Source of the DNA: Anaerolineales bacterium | GTDB taxonomy: Bacteria > Chloroflexota > Anaerolineae > Anaerolineales > E44-bin32 | NCBI GenBank assembly: GCA_041554155.1 | Contig: JBFFMI010000001.1 | Span: 1 to 62,622 of the forward strand | Length of the DNA stretch: 62,622 nt | Direction of reading: 5' to 3' | Shown here: positions 18,618-27,930 of the stretch, one piece after another | Layout of the letters: the number at the start of each line of letters is the position of its first letter | How positions within the stretch are numbered: position 1 is the stretch's first letter | The notes under the pieces: model-generated | Databases searched by the model: none | Told to the model about the DNA's origin: nothing | The model's input: only the letters and a program-made list of their open reading frames with translations | Program-made: the position numbers and the translations under genes

Positions 18618-19151
18618 ATGCCCGGATTATTCCAATCGCTTCTCGATCGGCCTGCGCTAACGCGCGTTCGACGCAATCATGGGTTAGAGCACGCTTCCAT
18701 TCATTTGCTTTCCCAAAGGTACCCTCAACGCTCCTTTGTAGGTCGTTCGGATCCCAGTGGCTTCTATATTTACGGTGATGTTGAAACTTCGATTCTGGGA
18801 GAACTTATTCATGAGGCTTTACAGCGACTGCGGGACGGGGAGCAAGAATTGGCCATTCATCCCAACTGTGGAACGAACTTGGTAACCGCGGGCTTGTTGG
18901 CTGGAAGTGCTTCTTTTTTGGCACTTCTTGGGAGTGAAAGGGAGGGTTGGCGCAAACGCCTGGATCGTATGCCCAGCGCAATTATCCTGGCTATGGGCGC
19001 CCTCATTGTAGCTCAGCCCCTCGGACGTGCAGCTCAGAAACACATAACGGTGCAATCCGATCCAGGTGATCTGGAGGTTCTCGGAATCCAAAGGATCAGA
19101 GAGGACCCGCGCCCGCTTCATCGCATCATAACTTCCATTTCTCATGAATAA
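18618..19151 (+). CDS. Conserved hypothetical protein with His/Cys motifs and two C-terminal hydrophobic helices
   Basis: RRNHGLEHASIHLL and AIHPNCGTN motifs. The stop overlaps the holA start by 8 nt. Confidence 0.35.
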   Translation: MPGLFQSLLDRPALTRVRRNHGLEHASIHLLSQRYPQRSFVGRSDPSGFYIYGDVETSILGELIHEALQRLRDGEQELAIHPNCGTNLVTAGLLAGSASFLALLGSEREGWRKRLDRMPSAIILAMGALIVAQPLGRAAQKHITVQSDPGDLEVLGIQRIREDPRPLHRIITSISHE

Positions 19152-20115
19152 ACCGAAACCCAGGGTCTATTTTCTCCATGGTGATGATGAATTTGCCATG
19201 GCGGAATTTATCAAGGACTTAAGACTGAAAGTCGGTGATGACTCGACCGCAGATATGAATATCGTCACCTTCAACACTTCCGATCTCGATTGGGCTGATC
19301 TCGAAGCAGCTGCCAATTCCACACCCTTCCTCTCCGATCGCCGACTGCTTATCCTCTACGAAGTCGAAAAGATAAAGAATGCCCCGGCCCGCAGTGATCG
19401 TCTGATTGCCCTGTGTGAACATATACCAGAAAGCACGGCGCTTCTTCTTGTCGAGCGCAATCCAAAAACCTCGTCAAAGATGTCGCCGATACACAAATGG
19501 GCGAAAAATAACCCTGAAATTTCTTTCATACGCACATGCACCACACCTCAGGGGGCAAGGTTCAGATCCTGGTTGGAGGAACAGGCTGCCGCTCATGGGG
19601 GATCCTTCGAACAAGATGCAGCAGAGCTGCTCGCCGAGTGGACACAGGAAGACCCCCGCCTCGCATCTCAGGAGCTACGCAAGCTTCTGGATTATGTAGA
19701 TTTGCAACGTGCAATCCGTGTCGAAGATATCGAACAGTGTACGCCTTATCGCGGTCAAACCACTATTTTTGCGCTCGTTGACGCGCTGGGGCAACGACGC
19801 GGTGAGGAAGCACAAAAGATTCTTCATCAGGTTTTGCAGGATGCGGATGTTAGATCAGTTTTTGGGATGATCATTCGCCAATTTCGATTGATCCTGCTGG
19901 CCAGGGATCTGATGGACTCCGGAAAAGTCCCCGGCAACACGATCCATAAGAGCGACTTTGTCGTTAAGAAAGTTAGCACGCAAGCACGCAATTTTACACT
20001 CGCGGACCTTGAACGGATCTATCATGAACTTCTGGCTATCGATTTGCGTTCAAAGAACGGGGAGATGGATCTCGAGATTGCCCTCGACAGCCTCGTATCC
20101 GTCATAACCTCCTGA
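19144..20115 (+). CDS. holA: DNA polymerase III subunit delta
   Basis: YFLHGDDEFAMAEF N-terminus and about 320 aa of helical delta-like architecture. Confidence 0.7.
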   Translation: MNKPKPRVYFLHGDDEFAMAEFIKDLRLKVGDDSTADMNIVTFNTSDLDWADLEAAANSTPFLSDRRLLILYEVEKIKNAPARSDRLIALCEHIPESTALLLVERNPKTSSKMSPIHKWAKNNPEISFIRTCTTPQGARFRSWLEEQAAAHGGSFEQDAAELLAEWTQEDPRLASQELRKLLDYVDLQRAIRVEDIEQCTPYRGQTTIFALVDALGQRRGEEAQKILHQVLQDADVRSVFGMIIRQFRLILLARDLMDSGKVPGNTIHKSDFVVKKVSTQARNFTLADLERIYHELLAIDLRSKNGEMDLEIALDSLVSVITS

Positions 20116-20128
20116 ACAACCTTCTTCT

Positions 20129-20380
20129 TCAAGCAGTTTCCAGTACTTCTTTTTTCTCTTCACACCCTACCCAAAAATGTTCTGGCAAGACTTTAGCACT
20201 CGTCTCGACTCTAACAATGGGAATAGACGCGGGGTCCACTTCACCCAGCGTCATTGGATGCAGGACACAAGTGTTGGGTCGACGACCATACTTTTCCTGA
20301 TAGTAAGACGTAGCTCGTTCAACACGCGACGGCAAGCTCTTTGAAGGATCTTCATCCAGCCACAACATGCCAATATTCAT
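20129..20380 (-). CDS. Small hypothetical protein (83 aa), third gene of the putative SOS operon
   Basis: ATGA overlap with the upstream gene. No TM segment and no recognisable domain. Confidence 0.5.
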   Translation of the reverse strand: MNIGMLWLDEDPSKSLPSRVERATSYYQEKYGRRPNTCVLHPMTLGEVDPASIPIVRVETSAKVLPEHFWVGCEEKKEVLETA

Positions 20381-20649
20381 TCGCCACCTCCCTGGGGGAT
20401 AAGCGTCTCAAGACGCCAATACTTTCTGAACTCGTCGTAGGATATCGAACAGCGCAGACCCCCATGTGTTCGTATTTGAAATATCCTGCAATTCACCAAC
20501 CCCTGGGTCTGTTCTTTCAACTCGTCCGTTACGCCATCCACCTTCCATATCCTGTGCTGACGCGCTCGCCACGTAAAGGCTTCCGGTACCACTGAACCTG
20601 ACGATTGGACCACTCTAATCGGCTCCCGCACCTGTACCAACCTCATCAA
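20377..20649 (-). CDS. Small hypothetical protein (90 aa), Trp/Arg-rich, second gene of the putative SOS operon
   Basis: 17 nt downstream of the ATPase gene. Contains PEAFTWRARQHRIWKV. No TM segment. Confidence 0.5.
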   Translation of the reverse strand: MMRLVQVREPIRVVQSSGSVVPEAFTWRARQHRIWKVDGVTDELKEQTQGLVNCRIFQIRTHGGLRCSISYDEFRKYWRLETLIPQGGGE

Positions 20650-20666
20650 AGCACCTCAATTCAACC

Positions 20667-21671
20667 CTACCTGCGCTCACATGCTCTCCAGCCCGAACGC
20701 GTCAATTCAACTGCGGTATCCAGATCGCGCGCGGTCAACCAGGCGATATCGACAGTTGTCTCATTGTGACGCTCCTTGAACATGAACCTGCCGACAATCG
20801 GCGCGTGGTTATTGCCTGTGGCCGACGCAGGGAAAGCGCGTGCCATACCAGGCAGGGACCGCAAGGAGGGCAACTGTTCGAACACAGCTGAGCGGCATGC
20901 ACCAACCACATGCACACCGACTTGCCGCCCGCTCAAGCCGATTTCATACAGCAACGGATCGAGTGCTGGCCCCATAACGTCAAGCAGGCCTGCCAGTTCG
21001 TCGATGAACAGGAACATGTGGGGGTTTGAAAAACCGATCCGCTTACGGTGTTCGATCTCTTGCAATAGCCAGTGCAGCAATTCAGCGGCGTAGCCCGCCT
21101 CGCTGGCCAACATATACGTCGACTGGGGCAGTGCTTCCATGACCGCCAGCTCCCGCCCTCCAAGATCGATGCCGAGCAGTTGAACCTCGCTGCTGCGGCT
21201 GGTGAGCGCTAAAGAGAGCAACAACGAACGCAAGAGCTCTGACTTGCCCGATCCGCCCGGCGCGCTGATCCATGCGTGCCAGGTTGGCGAGCGCGCCCAG
21301 TCGATCAACAACGGCCGTTGATCGGTCTGCATGCCCACCAGCGAAGTGCACGGTTGTATGCCACGCAGCGCGTGGAGCAGCGGCAGCATCCGCACGCCAG
21401 CAGCCGGGTGAAATGGCATATCCATGGTGACACCATCCACCTCGGTCTGAATCTGCAAGCCTTCAACACCCAACGTTTCCGCTAAGCGATCAACAGCAAC
21501 CACCAGGCTCTGCACCCCGGTACCGACGTTCGGAGTGAGGTGGTAGCGAACACGATCCTCGCGAACGATGCCACCTTCGACGCGCGCCGGGGCATCATAA
21601 TCCAGAAGCATGGCCTCGATTTGATCTGCCTGCCGATCAAGGTAACCAGAAGGAGAGAACGCCCTTTGCAT
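20667..21671 (-). CDS. Soluble FtsK/SpoIIIE-like P-loop ATPase (alpha+beta motor only; no TM anchor, no gamma domain)
   Basis: FtsK-alpha-like N-terminus (IEAMLLDYDAPARVEGGIV..VRYHLTP..GV). Walker A APGGSGKSELL. Walker B MFLFIDELAGLL. GVHVVGACRS matches the FtsK sensor region. GGAGGTG SD upstream. Confidence 0.65.
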   Translation of the reverse strand: MQRAFSPSGYLDRQADQIEAMLLDYDAPARVEGGIVREDRVRYHLTPNVGTGVQSLVVAVDRLAETLGVEGLQIQTEVDGVTMDMPFHPAAGVRMLPLLHALRGIQPCTSLVGMQTDQRPLLIDWARSPTWHAWISAPGGSGKSELLRSLLLSLALTSRSSEVQLLGIDLGGRELAVMEALPQSTYMLASEAGYAAELLHWLLQEIEHRKRIGFSNPHMFLFIDELAGLLDVMGPALDPLLYEIGLSGRQVGVHVVGACRSAVFEQLPSLRSLPGMARAFPASATGNNHAPIVGRFMFKERHNETTVDIAWLTARDLDTAVELTRSGWRACERR

Positions 21672-21705
21672 CTCACACCTCCAAAAGATTTACCCGCTCC
21701 CAATA

Positions 21706-21717
21706 GAACGGGTGTTC
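21706..21717. promoter_or_regulatory. LexA (Cheo-type SOS) box 1
   Basis: GAACGGGTGTTC lies within the 20-bp inverted repeat AATAGAAC-GGGT-GTTCTATT, immediately downstream of the minus-strand -10. Confidence 0.7.
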
Positions 21718-21718
21718 T

Positions 21719-21748
21719 ATTCTAACAGAACATATGTTCGCCTGTCAA
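21719..21748 (-). promoter_or_regulatory. Near-consensus sigma-70 promoter of the FtsK-like operon
   Basis: On the minus strand: TTGACA (21748-21743), 18-nt spacer, TAGAAT (21724-21719). Confidence 0.65.
21728..21739. promoter_or_regulatory. LexA (Cheo-type SOS) box 2
   Basis: GAACATATGTTC is a perfect palindrome. With flanks it reads aGAACATATGTTCG, 13 of 14 matches to CGAACATATGTTCG. It lies in the promoter spacer. Confidence 0.75.
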
Positions 21749-21816
21749 GACCCGCTGCCGCCAACCCTTTAACACAAGTTGTTTATGCTAAAATCGATTG
21801 TGCAGTGGCAGAAAAC

Positions 21817-22653
21817 ATGGACCTTCGACCCTCCCCGATCGCGGGAACCTGGTATCCCGGCGATGCCGAGAGCCTGGCGATCTCTATTGACCAATTCCTG
21901 CATGATGTTGAGCCAAAAGATATCCAGGGGCAGATCGTCGGATTAATCGTCCCGCACGCCGGGCATCGCTATTCTGGCGGTGTCGCCGCTCACGCTTTTC
22001 GCCTGATCCAGGGATATCAACCTGAAGTCGTCGTGGTACTCTCGCCGCTGCATACGTATGCGGATGAGGTCATTCTGACCACAGACCACGATGCCTACGC
22101 AACACCGCTGGGAGCTGTCCCGGTAGATCACGATCTGACCCTGAAGCTTGCAACGCAACTTGAGCAGGACCACGGATTAAGACTCGGACGCATACGCAAC
22201 GACCGCGAGCATTCGCTTGAGATCGAACTTCCGTTCCTGCAGCGCTGCATAAAGAGTGCGTATTCGCTGGTGCCGATCATGGTGCGCGAACAGAGCACCG
22301 AGGTCGCACAAGCCCTGGGCCAGGAAATCGGGAAACTTATGCAGGATCGCTTCTGTCTCATCATCGCCAGCTCCGACCTTTCACATTTCTATCCACAGGA
22401 AGTTGCCGAGCGCCTCGATCGGGCTATGCTGGATCATCTTGAGCAATTTGACCCACCCGGATTGATCGAGGCCGAGCAACAAGGTCGCGGGTTTGCATGT
22501 GGCCGCGGTGCTATCGCTGCTACACTTTGGTCGACCCGATTTCTGGGCGCGAATCGAGTTGAGGTGCTGACACACGCAACCTCAGGCGACATCACCGGGG
22601 ATTATGATTCGGTGGTAGGCTATGGTTCGGCCGTGATCTACCACGAGGTCTGA
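21817..22653 (+). CDS. MEMO1-family protein (AmmeMemoRadiSam system protein B)
   Basis: PSPIAGTWYPGD, IVPHAGHRYSGGVAA and SSDLSHFY motifs. ATG 21817 is preferred over the track start at 21712. Confidence 0.8.
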   Translation: MDLRPSPIAGTWYPGDAESLAISIDQFLHDVEPKDIQGQIVGLIVPHAGHRYSGGVAAHAFRLIQGYQPEVVVVLSPLHTYADEVILTTDHDAYATPLGAVPVDHDLTLKLATQLEQDHGLRLGRIRNDREHSLEIELPFLQRCIKSAYSLVPIMVREQSTEVAQALGQEIGKLMQDRFCLIIASSDLSHFYPQEVAERLDRAMLDHLEQFDPPGLIEAEQQGRGFACGRGAIAATLWSTRFLGANRVEVLTHATSGDITGDYDSVVGYGSAVIYHEV

Positions 22654-22712
22654 CAAACGGCCAACCACGTCGCTTGCATGAACGAACGACAACCCAAACA
22701 CGGTTAGGTGCA

Positions 22713-24068
22713 ATGGAAACAGAAATCATCCTCACCATCCTTCGTCTACTGGCATTGGTTTTTCTGGTTCTTGCCAATGGTTTCTTTGTCGCGGCCGAGT
22801 TTGCGCTGGTCAGTGTCCGCCGCACGCGCATTGCCGAGCTCGTCTCAAAGGGCAATCCCCGTGCTCGGTGGGTCCAGAAGGCGATCAATGACCCCGACCG
22901 CTTCATCGCCGCTACCCAACTCGGTATCACACTTGCCAGTCTTGGATTGGGCTGGATCGCTGAGCCGGCGCTGGGCAATATCCTGGAACCCTTGATCCGC
23001 TTATTCCCGGCCCAAATCGAAGATGAAGTCGCCCATAGCCTTTCGGCTGGGCTTTCATTTGCAATCATCACGTTCCTGCATGTCGTAATCGGAGAGTTAG
23101 CGCCCAAGTCGATCGCTTTACAAAACCCGGAGAAGACTTCTCTCTACGTCGCCCAACCGACGATCTGGACCGAGAGAATTTTTAAGCCCGTCATCTGGGC
23201 GCTCAACGGCACGGGCAACGCCCTCCTGCGCTGGGTTGGCGTTGAGCCGGCTGCCGGTCATGAATTGGTCCACTCGGTAGAAGAGTTGAAAATGCTCGTC
23301 CGTGCCAGTGCAGAAAGCGGGGTTGTCGGTGATGAAGCCGAAGAGATGTTAACTGCTGTCTTCGACTTCGGAGGATTGCTCGTTCGCCAGGTGATGATCC
23401 CACGCACGGAGATGATCGCTGTTCACGAAGACGCCAGCGCCGAGGAAATCATCGAATTGGCGACGGCGAATCCCCTCACCAAGTTCCCGGTCTATACCGA
23501 AAACCAGGATCAGATCCTGGGCGTGGTCAACATCAAAGATCTACTCACCACTCTTAACGGTGGGGAGCGCGCCCAAGCGACAGCGCGCGATTTGATGCGT
23601 GAGGCAATTTTTATTCCTGAAACCGCAAGAGTCTACACACTGCTTCAAATGTTCCGAGCCCGCCAGCGACACATGGCCATCGTGCTCGATGAATATGGAG
23701 GAACAGCAGGCATCGTCACCCTGGCCGATCTGCTCGAGGAAATTGTGGGTGAGGTGAGCGACCCCTTCGACACTGAGCGCGATATCCAACCGCTTCCCGA
23801 TGGGTCCACACTGGTTGATGGACTCACGTTGATCGAGGAAGTTAATGAGCACTTCGACCTCAAACTGGACGATCCCAACTATGACACCATCGCCGGATAT
23901 ATCCTGGGCCATTTAGAGCGCCTGGCAAAAGTCGGCGATTCGATCCAGGTCGATGGCGTGCGCCTGCGTGTCGAGGCCATGGATGGCTTCCGCATTGCCC
24001 GAATTTCCATCACCCGCATCGACAAAATGGAAGCCTCCGGCTCCCTGTCAACCTCAAACCAACCCTAA
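22713..24068 (+). CDS. CNNM/CorC-HlyC family membrane protein (DUF21 + CBS pair + CorC_HlyC)
   Basis: NGFFVAAEFALVSVRR, GELAPKS, a CBS pair, and a C-terminal transporter-associated domain. AGGTG SD upstream. Confidence 0.85.
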   Translation: METEIILTILRLLALVFLVLANGFFVAAEFALVSVRRTRIAELVSKGNPRARWVQKAINDPDRFIAATQLGITLASLGLGWIAEPALGNILEPLIRLFPAQIEDEVAHSLSAGLSFAIITFLHVVIGELAPKSIALQNPEKTSLYVAQPTIWTERIFKPVIWALNGTGNALLRWVGVEPAAGHELVHSVEELKMLVRASAESGVVGDEAEEMLTAVFDFGGLLVRQVMIPRTEMIAVHEDASAEEIIELATANPLTKFPVYTENQDQILGVVNIKDLLTTLNGGERAQATARDLMREAIFIPETARVYTLLQMFRARQRHMAIVLDEYGGTAGIVTLADLLEEIVGEVSDPFDTERDIQPLPDGSTLVDGLTLIEEVNEHFDLKLDDPNYDTIAGYILGHLERLAKVGDSIQVDGVRLRVEAMDGFRIARISITRIDKMEASGSLSTSNQP

Positions 24069-24072
24069 GCCT

Positions 24073-26565
24073 ATGTTCGTCGAGGTCGCGGTTAACTTAC
24101 CCCATGTGTACGGGACCTTCGACTACCGCGTTCCTGAGGACCTCGAACCGGTCATCACTCCAGGCCAATTGATCACCGTCCCATTTGGCTCTCGGATAGC
24201 CCAGGGTATTATCACCGAAGTACGCGACCGAACCGACGTAGCAGAGACCAAATCGATCGAGGCTTTGCTCGATCACATCCCGGTCATCACCAATGCACAG
24301 CTCGAATTGGCACGTTGGATGGCCGGCACATATAAAGCCACCCTGATTGATTGCCTTAACCTCATGCTGCCACCGGGGCTGAGCCAACAGACGGATTCCA
24401 GTTACCAGCTCGTCTTAATGGATGCAGCGGTGTCCTCTGAGATTCAAGAGCGTATCCTCAAGCTCTTACACCGCCGGGGTGAATTGCGGGGACGCCAGCT
24501 GTCACGAGCCCTGCCACATCAACGCTGGAAAAAAGCAATGGACACGCTGGTTAGACGGGGTGTCGTCAAACGCAGTGCCGTTCTCGATCCCCCCTCCGTT
24601 CGTGCTGTGTACCAACGCACTGCCCGCCTGGCCATGACCCCGACTGCGGCTGGTGCGCGCGTGCGCGAGATCGGGCAGGCAGGCTCCGCTGCCTACGAAC
24701 GCCGAGTTTGTATGATCAAGACCCTCATCGCCGAGGGCGAGCCACTTGAGGCACAGTGGCTGTATGCTGAATGCGGTGGATCACTCAGTGATCTGCGTAT
24801 TCTAGAAGACCACGATTTAATTATCCTGAGCGATGCCGAAGTCTGGCGCGACCCGCTGGAGGAGTTTGAATATGTCCCTTCGCAAGCGCCAACGCTTACG
24901 CCCGACCAGGCACGTGTTTGGACCGCAATCAAACAAGCTGCGGGTTCCGATTCTCAAATACCGTTCTTGCTCCACGGCGTCACTGGATCTGGAAAGACGG
25001 AGATCTACCTCAATGCTGTCGAACACACACTTGAGCAGGGCCGATCTGCCATCGTGCTTGTTCCTGAAATTGCCCTCACACCACAAACTGTGCGCCGCTT
25101 CCTGGCACGCTTTCCGGGTAGAGTTGGGCTGAATCACTCCCAGCTCTCTGCCGGTGAACGATTCGACACCTGGCGTCGTTGCCGCGCTGGCGACATTGGC
25201 TTAATGATCGGTCCGCGCAGCGCACTCTTTATGCCGCTTCAAAACCTGGGCCTTATCGTGCTCGATGAGTCGCATGACGAATCCTATAAAGAACAGGCGC
25301 GCTCCCCGCGCTATCAAACGCGCAGCGTAGCGATCCAGTATCAGCGGATTACAGGATCGATATGCATCCTTGGATCGGCCACTCCAGATATCAACACAAG
25401 TTATGCAGCCGATCGTGGGCGCATCCAGAGGCTCACGCTGCCCCAGCGCATCATGGGCCATCGCCAGCGGCTGACCTCCCAGGCACAGCGCCATGGCATC
25501 CAACCCCAGTATCAATCCTTCAAAGACGATGCGCTATCGATCGACCTGCCACCCGTTCGTATCATCGATATGCGCCAGGAATTAATGGCCGGCAATCGAT
25601 CGATCTTCAGCCGTGCGCTTACCCACGAGCTGCAGGAAACACTTAACGCCGGCCAGCAAGCGATCCTGTTCTTGAACCGGCGTGGCTCGACGACCTATAT
25701 TTTCTGTCGTGATTGTGGCTGGGTTGCGCGTTGCCCACGCTGTGATGCCAGCCTGACTCACCATGCCGATGACGACCGCTGGCATTGTCATCATTGCGGC
25801 GCGAGCTCACCACAGATGCAGGCATGCCCAAACTGCAGCAGCGAGCGGGTCCGCCGCTTTGGTATTGGCACCCAGAAAGTGCAAGCTGAGCTTGAAAGTC
25901 TTTTCCCGGGAACGCGCACACTGCGTTGGGATCGCGATTCCACACGGGCCAAAGGCGCTCATGCGATTATTCTGGCGCATTTTGCTGCACAGCGTGCCGA
26001 CGTGCTGATTGGTACACAGATGCTCGCCAAGGGCTTAGATCTGCCTCTGGTTACACTCGTGGGTGTGATCAACGCTGATATCAGCCTAAACCTACCCGAC
26101 TACCGCGCCCCTGAGCGTACTTTCCAGGTCATAACCCAGGTGGCTGGCCGAGCCGGTCGCGGCCTACTTGGTGGCAAAGTGATCCTACAGAGCTTCCAAC
26201 CCGATCACTATGCGATCCAGGCGGCTGCCCAGCACGACTACGAGACTTTTTACCGACGCGAATTGGGTCTGCGCCAGGAACTCGGCTATCCACCGTTCGC
26301 TAATTTGATCCGCTTGATCTATCGCCACCCATCCAGTAAGCAGGCTGAAACCGAAGTGGAACGCTTGGGGGCCTTAATAAAAGCAGAGATCCAGAAGACG
26401 AACCGCAGGATTGCTGTGATCGGTCCGGCCCCTTGCTACTTCGGACGCATACGCGGGTTGTATCGCTGGCATATTATCTTGCGTGGCAATAAACCTGTGG
26501 ATGTCCTCCCCGCAGAAATTCCAGACGGTTGGGGCGTCGACATTGATCCAGTAAGCTTGTTGTGA
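24073..26565 (+). CDS. priA: Primosomal protein N' (replication restart helicase)
   Basis: LLHGVTGSGKTE Walker A, DESHD Walker B, and the Cys-rich zinc module CRDCGW..CPRCD..HCHHCG..CPNC. Confidence 0.9.
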   Translation: MFVEVAVNLPHVYGTFDYRVPEDLEPVITPGQLITVPFGSRIAQGIITEVRDRTDVAETKSIEALLDHIPVITNAQLELARWMAGTYKATLIDCLNLMLPPGLSQQTDSSYQLVLMDAAVSSEIQERILKLLHRRGELRGRQLSRALPHQRWKKAMDTLVRRGVVKRSAVLDPPSVRAVYQRTARLAMTPTAAGARVREIGQAGSAAYERRVCMIKTLIAEGEPLEAQWLYAECGGSLSDLRILEDHDLIILSDAEVWRDPLEEFEYVPSQAPTLTPDQARVWTAIKQAAGSDSQIPFLLHGVTGSGKTEIYLNAVEHTLEQGRSAIVLVPEIALTPQTVRRFLARFPGRVGLNHSQLSAGERFDTWRRCRAGDIGLMIGPRSALFMPLQNLGLIVLDESHDESYKEQARSPRYQTRSVAIQYQRITGSICILGSATPDINTSYAADRGRIQRLTLPQRIMGHRQRLTSQAQRHGIQPQYQSFKDDALSIDLPPVRIIDMRQELMAGNRSIFSRALTHELQETLNAGQQAILFLNRRGSTTYIFCRDCGWVARCPRCDASLTHHADDDRWHCHHCGASSPQMQACPNCSSERVRRFGIGTQKVQAELESLFPGTRTLRWDRDSTRAKGAHAIILAHFAAQRADVLIGTQMLAKGLDLPLVTLVGVINADISLNLPDYRAPERTFQVITQVAGRAGRGLLGGKVILQSFQPDHYAIQAAAQHDYETFYRRELGLRQELGYPPFANLIRLIYRHPSSKQAETEVERLGALIKAEIQKTNRRIAVIGPAPCYFGRIRGLYRWHIILRGNKPVDVLPAEIPDGWGVDIDPVSLL

Positions 26566-26587
26566 TCCTTAGTGCCTGGAGGAAAGA

Positions 26588-27037
26588 ATGAACGAAATGC
26601 GACCCATCCTTGAGCGGCACCTGACCACCATATTCGCCAATGATGTCGAGGGTTATCACGCATCCACGATCCCAGAGTTAAGCGTATATGAGTGGCACGT
26701 CACACCCCACCGCATCGACGGCTGGCCATTTCATGACTTCATGATGTCGGAGGTTTCGCGCGCCGACAGTGCCGGCATAGCACTCGATCCAAGCCCAGAT
26801 GATTCCTCCACCAAGGAATCCAGGGTTCACTTTGACCTGGCGAATTATCGCGAGCAGGTATACGGCGATGTCGCCATATGTTCCTATACCCTTTTGATTT
26901 CACGCGGCTCCGAACGGGGTGTTCGGGTTTTGAGCTACAACGAATCACGTGTGCTGGTGATGATGGAAGGGGCTTGGAAAGTGGTTCACGTGCACAAATC
27001 CCCGAGTTGGAAGGCTCCCTTTCAGCCCCCGATGTAA
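26588..27037 (+). CDS. NTF2-like (SnoaL/DUF4440-like) protein
   Basis: Size and the C-terminal AWKVVHVHKS pattern. GGAGGA SD upstream. Confidence 0.4.
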   Translation: MNEMRPILERHLTTIFANDVEGYHASTIPELSVYEWHVTPHRIDGWPFHDFMMSEVSRADSAGIALDPSPDDSSTKESRVHFDLANYREQVYGDVAICSYTLLISRGSERGVRVLSYNESRVLVMMEGAWKVVHVHKSPSWKAPFQPPM

Positions 27038-27067
27038 TCGAGGTCGTGGATAAGGCGGTGGTGAAAC

Positions 27068-27907
27068 ATGACGATAAAGATTGTCGCAGACAGCACCTGC
27101 AACCTCTCAGAGGCGGTGCTTCAAGAATTTGATATACGCATCGCCCCGATTGCGATCCAGTTTGGTCAAGAAACTTTTGAAGAAGGGATCAATATCGATC
27201 GAGATACCTTTTATCGCAAAATTGAACAGCTGGGGATGATCCCAACCAGCTCACAGCCCTCCCCAGCCTGGTTTGCCAGGTATTACGAGGAGCTCAAGGG
27301 CGATTCTGTTCTGGTCATCACCGTCACCCGCAAACACAGCGGAACCTTCGAGTCGGCGATCATGGCGAAATCGATGACCCCTCAAACAGACGTTGAGGTT
27401 TTTGATTCCGGCAGCATTTCACTGGGGACTGGTTGGATGGTGCTCGAAGCCGCCCGAATGGCCAAAGCCGGCGCAATGCTCCCGGACATCCTGCGCCGCC
27501 TGGAGGCTATCCGATCGAAATCAATGCTCTACTTGACACCACTTACGCTCAAGTACCTCCAGATGAGTGGCCGCGTTGGCCGCCTCCAGGGCGCGATCGC
27601 TTCCATGCTGCAGGTTAAGCCGATAATCTATTTGGAAGATGGTGCGCTGGAGGCCGGTGAGAATGTACGTACTCGATCGAAATCACTCGCTCGTCTGCTT
27701 GAATTGCTCGAGCTACATCTCGGGCGGGATGAACCTGTAAACCTGGCTGTAATCCATGCCCGTGCTGAAGCCGATGCTGTCTGGCTTCTCGAGAGGGCCA
27801 AGCAGATCTTCAATGTCAATGAACTATTAATCGATGACCTGGTACCCTCGCTCGCCGTTCACGGTGGGCCCGGAGTCATCGGCGCCTTCGGCTATCCGTC
27901 AACATAA
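27068..27907 (+). CDS. DegV-family fatty-acid-binding protein
   Basis: IKIVADSTCNL N-terminus, TSQPSP motif, and family-typical length. Confidence 0.85.
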   Translation: MTIKIVADSTCNLSEAVLQEFDIRIAPIAIQFGQETFEEGINIDRDTFYRKIEQLGMIPTSSQPSPAWFARYYEELKGDSVLVITVTRKHSGTFESAIMAKSMTPQTDVEVFDSGSISLGTGWMVLEAARMAKAGAMLPDILRRLEAIRSKSMLYLTPLTLKYLQMSGRVGRLQGAIASMLQVKPIIYLEDGALEAGENVRTRSKSLARLLELLELHLGRDEPVNLAVIHARAEADAVWLLERAKQIFNVNELLIDDLVPSLAVHGGPGVIGAFGYPST

Positions 27908-27930
27908 GAACGGGAAGAGCCGCATGCGAA

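Noticed and set aside
21817-22653. A complete AmmeMemoRadiSam system.
   Set aside because: Only the MEMO-like B component is present. No AMMECR1 or radical-SAM partner is in the window.
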